Shown here: positions 36,531-45,042 of the stretch, in pieces | Position numbering within the stretch: the first letter of the stretch is position 1 | Layout: every line of letters starts with the position of its first letter | The notes under the pieces: model-generated | What the model was told of the DNA's origin: nothing | What the model saw: only the letters and a program-made list of their open reading frames with translations | The model's database searches: none | Virus record (IMG/VR): IMGVR_UViG_3300017917_004503 | Location: 64,001-128,000 of that record | Strand: one strand, 5' to 3' | DNA: 64,000 nt | Source: a virus | Position numbers and translations under genes: made by a program

Positions 36531-37060
36531 TGGAAAACTTTTCACCTTTTTTTCCAGATTCCGAAAGTGGAATAAGTTACACGGTTTCTGGTATAAAACC
36601 TAAGACGAATAACACTACTTTTTATAAAAGTAATGATGTTTATGATACCGAAGCTCAGGCTTTGGATAGAGCCTATAATATAGGTTGTTCTGGGTATAGA
36701 AGGGTACTAGTAAGTTCACAAGGCCAATATAAATATTCTCCATGTTCCGATGTTGATGTTTATAAAAGCTCTATGAAACTGATGCCAAAAATGCCTGTCG
36801 ATAGAAGATATTATGATTACGATCCAACAGAAAATCCTTATGATGTGAGAGATAGTTTGAATGATAATTTATATAATGGATTCGATTACAAAAATGAGAT
36901 ACTAAAAAGAAGTTTATCGAATATAATTTTTAAGGATCCAATAAAAGCTGGGATACTCCACTATTTTAATAGAGTAGTATTTGGATTGGTTGAAACGACC
37001 AAGCAGATAAAGAATTATGTGAACTATACAGTTAAAAACAATAATAGAAGAGTATTTTAA
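36530..37060 (+). CDS. Hypothetical baseplate-associated protein with a two-Cys motif
   Basis: YDTEAQALDRAYNIGCSGY...YSPC. Confidence 0.55.
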   Translation: MENFSPFFPDSESGISYTVSGIKPKTNNTTFYKSNDVYDTEAQALDRAYNIGCSGYRRVLVSSQGQYKYSPCSDVDVYKSSMKLMPKMPVDRRYYDYDPTENPYDVRDSLNDNLYNGFDYKNEILKRSLSNIIFKDPIKAGILHYFNRVVFGLVETTKQIKNYVNYTVKNNNRRVF

Positions 37061-37063
37061 GCT

Positions 37064-40000
37064 ATGTCCAATTTTTTCTATAGAAGACTAGAATTTTTCG
37101 ATAAAACAGGAAGTCCTTTAAATCTTGATTATGTAGGACCGACCGGACCGACTCCTTTAGATTCGAGATTCACTTTCGTGACCGGAGCAACTGCTTCATC
37201 TTTGGGGTATTGTTCTGTTAGTCAATTTGATTCTGATCCCGGTTCAATAAGTTTCAACTACACCGATTTTAACAATTTCAGTTTAGCTTCTTGGGTTTCA
37301 GAAGTTAATGATTTTCTATTGAATGGTGCAGAGGTTTTTTTAAACGGTAGGGTTGCAGGCCAAAATCAGTTTTCTGGAAAAATCCAGTCTGTGACTGATA
37401 ATACCACTTTCTTTACAGTTAATTTTTTTCCTGACAGCATACAGGGTCAAAGATTAATAAGTTTAGATAATCAAATCTTTTTTAATAGCACATATAAATA
37501 CAGACCTGGCGGTTATTGGAGAGGTAACATTTATTTCGATCCAGTTTCGTCTGGACTTTATGAAAACCAACAAATTTTCGTAATCCAGAATTTTGACGTG
37601 GTTGGATCAAAATTTTATGGCCACCCGCATACTGGAGTTACAGGTGCAACTGCAGCCAAATGGAGAACCCGCTGGTATAATGATAGTTACGGCAATACTG
37701 ATGTTTCTGAAATTATTTTTACCTATAAGATACAAGAAGATCTTTCCGGTGGAGATGGTTATCCCCTTATAGTTTCGTATCCTAATGTGGTTTACCCTAT
37801 AGATGTTTATCCAACAGACACTTTAATTTCTGGTGGTTATGTAGAAACTCTTTCTGTAGACTCGTCTGCTTTGTCAATAAACGTCGCACTTAATGCCAGC
37901 GATTTAGCTGCAAACATATATGAGAGAAAATTAATCATAGAAGACATAAGTGCTGGACCGACAGGTCCTATTAAAGTAGCTGAAATAGATTTTTACGGTG
38001 AAGTTGTAGGTGAAGATGAAAGATTCAAAGTCATGTTACAAAACATAGGAAGGGCTTTTTATCCAAGTGACTCTCTAATTCTAAGAGACCATGATCCATC
38101 CGAGCCCTTACCAAATTTTATAGAAATTAATGAAAAGAGAAAAGAACTTCTTTTATCAGGAGAAGAGATTTTTCCTTATGCTGGAAGTTATAAAGGTCTT
38201 ATAAGTGCTATCAAATTTTTTGGTTATCAAGATTTGAGAATTAAAGAATATTGGTTAAATCTGGAGTATCAAAGTTTAAAGCTTGAATCGCCTCTTCAGC
38301 AGAATGCACAATTTCTAAATCAAATAAAAAGACAGCAATCAAACGGATATTCTCAATCCTACCAGATTGGTGATGTTCTAGATAATCCTAATTCTGGAAA
38401 GTATAGAATGGTTCAAACTTATGGACCAGATCAGGATGGGAATTATATTTTAGATGTCTCTAGTGAGGACACATTAGTTCCAAGCAGAACTTATAAAAAG
38501 ACATCTTTGTTTGGTCTTTTTTATGATATTACCAAAACAACTGGTATTGAAGGAGAATTCGGATATCCTGAAGTTGTTGACGCTTTCCAATTTACACAGG
38601 AAGAAGTTTTAATAAAACTTTTTGCACTTAAGGAAAGATTGAAAAGAGACTATCTACCGATTAATGCTAGAATAGTTGATATAACAGGAGAAGGAGTTTA
38701 TTTTAATGTCTATAACACTAAAGCTTGGAGCGACGTTATGGAAAGACCTGATATTGAATCGGGTATTTATGCAGAGGTCAGGTCAAATCCAGATTTTGGG
38801 TTTCTTGAAGATTTAAGAAATTTTGAGATAAGACCCTCAAGCTTAGCAATACAAACTCCAAGCAACTATTATGATACTTTTACTATAGACGCTGCTGTTG
38901 CAGGTGGAACTGGATCTGCCTTTTTCTTTTCTGGTATTCCTGCTACTGGACCAAACCCAACCTTATCTGTAACTGCAGGAAAAACGTATAATTTTAATTT
39001 TTTAACCGAAGATTTTGATTTGTTTTTAACAACCAACCAAAATTTAACGCAGTCAGATCCTGTTGGTGTTACTAATAACGGAGCTACTTCAGGAGGACCA
39101 AATCTAACTTGGTATGTTAATCCTCTACAGAGCTCACCTGTCTATTACTATTCTTCGAAGAATAAGTCTTTGTTGACCGGTTCTATAATCGTTTTACCTT
39201 CTGAATTATCTGATCTTGGTAACATCGTTAATCCTCTATCAAATCAACAAATATTTACACCACAGCAGAACGAATCGCTTCTTTCTGCCATAGGTAACTT
39301 TTATGAACTTAAACAACAAGGACAAATTGTTGAGCTTGGTGATGGTAAATATGATCCACCGTCTTTTATTAATCCTACAACGGGAGAACCGTACGAGGTT
39401 CCTGTTGGTATGCCTATAATATTAGAACTCATCACTGATGTTTGGACTTGGGACGAGTTGAATATTAATTGGTCTGCCCTATTAATACCTGTTTTTAGAA
39501 TAGGAAATAGAGTTCAAAGAAAATCTGACGGAGAATTTGGAAGTGTAACTGCAGTTAATTATTCAACCGGAATTTATACAGTACTCCTTGACGATTTAAC
39601 TGTGATTACTGTGGATGAATCTGAGCTTTTTTCGACCATCCAGAATTATGCTCTTTTAACATGGAAGAATATTGATTTTTCAAATTTGGTTGAGATTGAA
39701 TGGATAATAAACAAACCTTCTACCCAATCAGGATCACCTTATAATTTCCAATTTAGAGGATCTATAGTGGACTTTTATAAGTTAGCCCACTTTGTACCAT
39801 ATACAGGAATTTATCAAGTCACATGTAACATTTATGACGCTTTTAACGCAAAAACCGTTGTTATAAAAAACCAAGCCATTGTCGTTAATCCTAAAATTGT
39901 AGATATCGATGCCTGGACTAGATATAGAGAGGTTGAAGACTACAGATGGACGAACGTTCAAAAATCTTGGTCTGATTATGATTCCATTTGGGAGTATCCA

Positions 40001-42265
40001 GCAGAAGGTGAAACTATCGAACAGCTAGAAAAAAGTATACCTAGTGAGATTCTCGATTTTGCAACATATGGTAATAAATCAGAAGAGGGTCAGGATGTTT
40101 ATGTAAGAGTTCAGGTAGATCCAGTCGGCGCTACTGGTTTTATTAACTTTACTCAATCTGAATTTACTATAACCGAGATATCTTCAAATTTAATTATTCC
40201 TGGTCAATATGCTTTTGCCAAAGTCTACACGTCGACTCCTCATGGCCTAGTCAATGATCAAGAAGTTAGTATTTTTAACACAATACCTCAGATAAACGGT
40301 AGATGGAATGTAACAGTACCTGACGGAGCAACCTCTGAATTTATCATACCAATTACGATTGATCCTTCATGGAATAATGTGTTAATATTATCAACACCAA
40401 CTAGATTAGCCGTAGATGGAAGCTTTTTCACTAATCAGTATTTAACCCCTTCGGGATCTATCGAGGTTTTTGTTAATGGTAGATTGATTGGATCCGCAGA
40501 GGCAGGAGATAATTTGTACACCACTGTTAATTCTATAGTTTCCTCTATAAATTCACTACGAACATTCCCTGATTATTTTGCTTCTTGTACTGTTCCAAGT
40601 GAGGATCCAGTAACACTTTTGATTAGTGCTCCAAATGAACTTGGTGCTGATCAAAATGGAGTCGAGTTAACGTATAATGTCTCCGGATCTCTATCGGTTT
40701 CGTCATATTCTACTGGACTTTCAGGAGGATCTAGCATTACTGAATCCTATGTTTATTGGAGTGAATCTAGTGAAGAATATCCAAACGCTAACCTAAAATA
40801 TTGGGGAACTAAAAATCTGGATTGGAATATTTTTACAGAAAATTCATGGGATGACGCTTATGCCCATTCTTGGTTTGACTTTGAGTTTAATAATGATTGG
40901 TTGGGTGGATTTGAACTTCATAATTTGTCTCCTGGAGATTTTGTAAAAGTTAGTACAGCTAATGAATTTTTCCCCTTTCCTATTGGGATAACAGTTCAGC
41001 CGGGTGTTTCTAGCTTAAGTGTTCAAGAATTGGCAGATCAGCTCAATAATTCATCGGACCCAAATATAACTAATTTCTACTATAGACCAATACCAAATGA
41101 AAATGGAGATTCTGATGTTGATAGTCCACCTATTAATTTAGAAATACAAAACACATTAATACCAGCTTCAGCATATTCTCCTGCACTCTCATTGATTGGG
41201 GGAAGTGGAGTATTGATAGCTAATTTCACATACACTGGAGGCACAGTTTTATTACCGACAACAACAACCACTACTAGTACATCGACTAGTACAACAACGA
41301 CAACAACTGCACCTCCAACCAGTACGACAACATCGACTTCGACAACATCGACAACATCGACAACAACTGCACCTCCGACTAGTACGACAACATCGACTTC
41401 GACAACATCGACAACGACTATTGCTCCAACGTCTACAACGACATCGACAACATCGACTAGTACGACTACGACATTGCCACCAGGAACTTTTACTTTGAGT
41501 ACTTCTGGAATTTCTAACATCCTTACATCGTATGGATTTGCACAGACTTCTCCTTTCAGTATTTCTTATCTTTCTGGAACGAACCTTACACCAGGATCAC
41601 CTGTAACATTTACCCCTACTTTTGGTAACAGTGGTGTTATATTAGCTTCGAGCTCATCGACCACACCATCAACACAACTTGTTTTCCAAACTGCTCCAAC
41701 GACAGTTAGCGCATCAATGATAACATATCCTGGAGGGGCAATTTACATAGGAACTGTCACAGGTACTGGAACTACTAGAAACGTTGTATGGTCTTCTGTT
41801 AATTTGGTTGGTATAACTTCTATGGCTGTAAATATTACTGCTTCGACTTTAACAACCACAACTAGTACAAGTACCACAACAACAAGTACAAGTACTTCAA
41901 CCACGACAACTACGACAACGTTAGCCCCAGGAACAGGTAAATTTAAGAACAGTGGATCAATAGTTATGACATCATATAGCTTAAATCAGACTGCACCATT
42001 TAGCACATCTCTTACATCTGGATCTAATCTAACACCAACTAGTTCTGCAACTTTTAGTGCTTACTTTAACTCTGGAACCTCTTTACAGTCTTCTGTGACG
42101 TTCAATAGTTCTCCTACAACAGTTACCGCTACTTTAACGAGATATCCTTCAGGAACAACAACTAATGGATCTATAACAGGAAGCGGAAGTAGTAGAACAA
42201 TAAGCTGGAGCGCAGTAGATCTTTCAACCTCTACATCTTACCAGATACAGATTGGTGGATCTTAA
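37064..42265 (+). CDS. Large baseplate wedge (gp7-like) protein with C-terminal mucin-like Thr stalks and two duplicated beta domains
   Basis: YAGSYKGLISAIKFFGYQDLRIKEYW resembles the gp7/gpI-type motif; follows gp6; Thr tracts at 41258-41473 and 41852-41920. Confidence 0.65.
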   Translation: MSNFFYRRLEFFDKTGSPLNLDYVGPTGPTPLDSRFTFVTGATASSLGYCSVSQFDSDPGSISFNYTDFNNFSLASWVSEVNDFLLNGAEVFLNGRVAGQNQFSGKIQSVTDNTTFFTVNFFPDSIQGQRLISLDNQIFFNSTYKYRPGGYWRGNIYFDPVSSGLYENQQIFVIQNFDVVGSKFYGHPHTGVTGATAAKWRTRWYNDSYGNTDVSEIIFTYKIQEDLSGGDGYPLIVSYPNVVYPIDVYPTDTLISGGYVETLSVDSSALSINVALNASDLAANIYERKLIIEDISAGPTGPIKVAEIDFYGEVVGEDERFKVMLQNIGRAFYPSDSLILRDHDPSEPLPNFIEINEKRKELLLSGEEIFPYAGSYKGLISAIKFFGYQDLRIKEYWLNLEYQSLKLESPLQQNAQFLNQIKRQQSNGYSQSYQIGDVLDNPNSGKYRMVQTYGPDQDGNYILDVSSEDTLVPSRTYKKTSLFGLFYDITKTTGIEGEFGYPEVVDAFQFTQEEVLIKLFALKERLKRDYLPINARIVDITGEGVYFNVYNTKAWSDVMERPDIESGIYAEVRSNPDFGFLEDLRNFEIRPSSLAIQTPSNYYDTFTIDAAVAGGTGSAFFFSGIPATGPNPTLSVTAGKTYNFNFLTEDFDLFLTTNQNLTQSDPVGVTNNGATSGGPNLTWYVNPLQSSPVYYYSSKNKSLLTGSIIVLPSELSDLGNIVNPLSNQQIFTPQQNESLLSAIGNFYELKQQGQIVELGDGKYDPPSFINPTTGEPYEVPVGMPIILELITDVWTWDELNINWSALLIPVFRIGNRVQRKSDGEFGSVTAVNYSTGIYTVLLDDLTVITVDESELFSTIQNYALLTWKNIDFSNLVEIEWIINKPSTQSGSPYNFQFRGSIVDFYKLAHFVPYTGIYQVTCNIYDAFNAKTVVIKNQAIVVNPKIVDIDAWTRYREVEDYRWTNVQKSWSDYDSIWEYPAEGETIEQLEKSIPSEILDFATYGNKSEEGQDVYVRVQVDPVGATGFINFTQSEFTITEISSNLIIPGQYAFAKVYTSTPHGLVNDQEVSIFNTIPQINGRWNVTVPDGATSEFIIPITIDPSWNNVLILSTPTRLAVDGSFFTNQYLTPSGSIEVFVNGRLIGSAEAGDNLYTTVNSIVSSINSLRTFPDYFASCTVPSEDPVTLLISAPNELGADQNGVELTYNVSGSLSVSSYSTGLSGGSSITESYVYWSESSEEYPNANLKYWGTKNLDWNIFTENSWDDAYAHSWFDFEFNNDWLGGFELHNLSPGDFVKVSTANEFFPFPIGITVQPGVSSLSVQELADQLNNSSDPNITNFYYRPIPNENGDSDVDSPPINLEIQNTLIPASAYSPALSLIGGSGVLIANFTYTGGTVLLPTTTTTTSTSTSTTTTTTAPPTSTTTSTSTTSTTSTTTAPPTSTTTSTSTTSTTTIAPTSTTTSTTSTSTTTTLPPGTFTLSTSGISNILTSYGFAQTSPFSISYLSGTNLTPGSPVTFTPTFGNSGVILASSSSTTPSTQLVFQTAPTTVSASMITYPGGAIYIGTVTGTGTTRNVVWSSVNLVGITSMAVNITASTLTTTTSTSTTTTSTSTSTTTTTTTLAPGTGKFKNSGSIVMTSYSLNQTAPFSTSLTSGSNLTPTSSATFSAYFNSGTSLQSSVTFNSSPTTVTATLTRYPSGTTTNGSITGSGSSRTISWSAVDLSTSTSYQIQIGGS
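41258..41920 (+). repeat. Two Thr/Ser-rich low-complexity tracts, including a 60-bp direct repeat
   Basis: TTTTTTSTSTSTTTTTTAPPTSTTTSTSTT...; 60-nt period visible across 41300-41400. Confidence 0.9.
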
Positions 42266-42301
42266 TCGGAACTTTAACTTGCTTTTCTGATAAAATTTTT
42301 T

Positions 42302-43267
42302 ATGATTAATAAAAAGATTACTTTTATATGCGCACAGCCAGATGTGCCATATTTTCACTGGCAAGTTGAGGTTTTTTTACATAATGCAATGAAAAACGGT
42401 ATTAATCCAAATTGGATTGAAATACTTTTTGCTTATGATACAAGCCCTTCGAATGCTGGTGTTTCTTTAGCCTCTAGATACCCTTATGTTAGGTTCTTTT
42501 TTTATAAAAAAACCCCATGCGAGAACTATGGGTATATTCCAATATTAAGACCAGATATTCTTGAGCAACACTTCGAGAGATTTCCACAGCTTTCTCAAGA
42601 ACCAATTTTCTATCATGACTCTGATATAATTTTTAGAGAATTACCTGATTTTGAAAGTCTTCTATCTGATGATAAATGGTATTTCAGTGACACAGTTTCT
42701 TATATTGGATCGAACTATATAAGGAGTAAATCAGAAGAGCTATTTGAGAATATGTGCGAAATAGCAGAGGTTCCCAAAGAATTAGTGATGGAAAATGAAT
42801 TAAACTCCGGTGGTGCTCAATATCTAATGAAGGGAATAGATCATTTATTTTGGAGAGATGTGAAGAATGTTTCTTTAGACCTTTATAAATATATGCTTAA
42901 AAGGGAGGAAGACGAAAGAATCACCTTATCTTCGGATCAGCTTCTTCATTATAATCCTATCCAAAAGTGGTGTGCTGATATGTGGGCCGTTTTTTGGTGT
43001 GGTCTTAAAAGAGGGGCACAGATAAGAATATCTAATGAGTTAAGCTTTAGTTGGGGGTCAACTTACGGACAGGATGAATGGAATAAGCATAAGATTTATC
43101 ACAATGCTGGAGTTGTGAATAATCAGGACGGTAAGGTTTTTTACAAAGGAGAATTTATAGATAAATCCCCTTTCGATCACGATTTTTCACAAATAGATCC
43201 ACAACATAACACGTACAATTATGTTCAAGCTATTTTATATGCTAAAGAAAAACGTTCTTTAGTATAG
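42302..43267 (+). CDS. GT-A glycosyltransferase, HPAT/SERGT1 (GT95/GT96)-like peptidyl O-glycosyltransferase
   Basis: YFHWQ, YIPILRP, DSD (DxD) in FYHDSDIIF, and WCADMWA occur in the same order as in plant HPAT/SERGT1 enzymes. Confidence 0.65.
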   Translation: MINKKITFICAQPDVPYFHWQVEVFLHNAMKNGINPNWIEILFAYDTSPSNAGVSLASRYPYVRFFFYKKTPCENYGYIPILRPDILEQHFERFPQLSQEPIFYHDSDIIFRELPDFESLLSDDKWYFSDTVSYIGSNYIRSKSEELFENMCEIAEVPKELVMENELNSGGAQYLMKGIDHLFWRDVKNVSLDLYKYMLKREEDERITLSSDQLLHYNPIQKWCADMWAVFWCGLKRGAQIRISNELSFSWGSTYGQDEWNKHKIYHNAGVVNNQDGKVFYKGEFIDKSPFDHDFSQIDPQHNTYNYVQAILYAKEKRSLV

Positions 43268-43309
43268 GTTAATTTATCCGGATATATAAAATTAAACATA
43301 AATTCCTGA

Positions 43310-45025
43310 ATGGCCCAACAAATAGAACAAGGAGATTACATATTTTACCAAGATGCAACTGTGGGCGGACCACCAGTTCTTTGGAACTGGCTTTTTCCTG
43401 GTGGAACCCCCACCGGAAGTTCAAATCAAAATCCAATTGTTAGATATCTGGCACCAAACTCTTTAGGGTATAATGTTACCCTTTACGTGGAAGACACATA
43501 TTCAATATATTCGAGTAAAACTGAAAATAATGCCATAGTTGTTGTTCCTGAGAATCTTTCTTCTATATCGTTATCTGCTTCGACAGCCAACGCTACACTC
43601 AGTGAAACTGTTTTATATACTGTTGCGGGTCCAACAGGAAAGTTGTCTTATTATGATTGGGATTTACCAGGAACAGGAGGATTTACTGGACCGACCTCTC
43701 AAACGCAATCACTAACAGTCAATAGTTGGTTGGATTTGACTGGTTCTGATGCAGGGTCTTTCTTTTCCATAGCATCTTTAGATGCTTCTGTTACTTATTT
43801 TTCAGTTACTGGAAATAGTCTTACTGTTACAACACCCATAAATTTTATAAAATCTGGATATTTTGAATCTTTTAACCTATTAAGTGCAACTGGAGCTTTT
43901 CCTTCTCCTACAACTCAGTACACCCAAGCTATTAATACCGTTACGCAAACCAGTTCAATTGGTCTTGGAGGAGGAGGATATGTCTGGCTTTTTGGACAGC
44001 CTTACTATCCTAATGCTATAGAAAATTTGTCATCTCGGGTACAGGGAGAAACTGTAGATTTTTGGTCTTGTAGTAAAGATTTTGCATTTCCTTTTGGTTC
44101 TATAGATGCAGGAAAACTTGAAAATTTACAATTTGTAGCTTCTAAACAGGCATTTGATGTTTTAGGAGTTTCACCTACTGGATGGGAGTCTTTAAGCAGA
44201 TATACTGTGGGTAACTATATGTTTCCGTATGATCTTTCTACATATTTTAATTCTAGTTTTTATTTAGCTGATGTGAATAGTTTGGTTGCAGGGACACCTA
44301 TTTCAAATAATGGATATTCATCTTTTAATTCTCTCTTTCTGAATGATGCTTATTATGCCTCACAAAGTTCGGCTAGCATGTCTGCTAGGTACCCTTCTGT
44401 TCAACCAGCAGCATTTCTCCTTAATTTAGATGGTGCAGCAGGGGCAAGTGGATCTCCTGGATTGCAATGTATACCCTCACCAACTCTTGTTGGCGGAACT
44501 GTAACATTAACACTCACTGTTCAATATAGTACTAATGGAAAAATAAGCGGATATAATCCTGCGTCTGATAATGTTATAAATATTAATTTTTCACCGCCGG
44601 GAAACAGCCCTGATGCTTCTTTATTTTTTGCACAGGATACCATAGGAGGCAGCGGATTTGTAAGCTTGATAAATGCAGCTTTAACAAGTGCTGGTCTTGC
44701 TTCTAATATAGAAGCTATTGCAAGTCCGAGTTTTTGTTGGTCCCCAGCTTTATATGAATTAACAACGGGCCAATATTTCCAAGGATGTAAAATAGTCATC
44801 AAAGATGTAGTTGATCCGGGCAACCCACATTTGAAGATAATAAGAGTCAGGGTCCAAGGAAACTCAGGCAGCTGGAACCCACCATACAATTTATATACGG
44901 TAACAGGAAATGCTGGATCCGGAAGTTGGCTTTGTTTTGCTGACGAGTACATTTCTAATCCTTATCAAGAATATGACACTCAATCTTTGCCTTTTAGAGG
45001 TTTTAAGTTTAGAGGTAACACCTAA
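43310..45025 (+). CDS. PKD-domain virion/fibre protein
   Basis: WNWLFPGGTPTGSSNQNPIVRY...YNVTLYV PKD signature; second YDWDLPG; GATATATA at 43281. Confidence 0.65.
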   Translation: MAQQIEQGDYIFYQDATVGGPPVLWNWLFPGGTPTGSSNQNPIVRYLAPNSLGYNVTLYVEDTYSIYSSKTENNAIVVVPENLSSISLSASTANATLSETVLYTVAGPTGKLSYYDWDLPGTGGFTGPTSQTQSLTVNSWLDLTGSDAGSFFSIASLDASVTYFSVTGNSLTVTTPINFIKSGYFESFNLLSATGAFPSPTTQYTQAINTVTQTSSIGLGGGGYVWLFGQPYYPNAIENLSSRVQGETVDFWSCSKDFAFPFGSIDAGKLENLQFVASKQAFDVLGVSPTGWESLSRYTVGNYMFPYDLSTYFNSSFYLADVNSLVAGTPISNNGYSSFNSLFLNDAYYASQSSASMSARYPSVQPAAFLLNLDGAAGASGSPGLQCIPSPTLVGGTVTLTLTVQYSTNGKISGYNPASDNVININFSPPGNSPDASLFFAQDTIGGSGFVSLINAALTSAGLASNIEAIASPSFCWSPALYELTTGQYFQGCKIVIKDVVDPGNPHLKIIRVRVQGNSGSWNPPYNLYTVTGNAGSGSWLCFADEYISNPYQEYDTQSLPFRGFKFRGNT

Positions 45026-45042
45026 TTAAAAAACAAATTAAA

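Noticed and set aside
41080-41520. Minus-strand Val-rich 146-aa ORF
   Set aside because: Antisense shadow of the Thr (ACN) tract; no independent signals.
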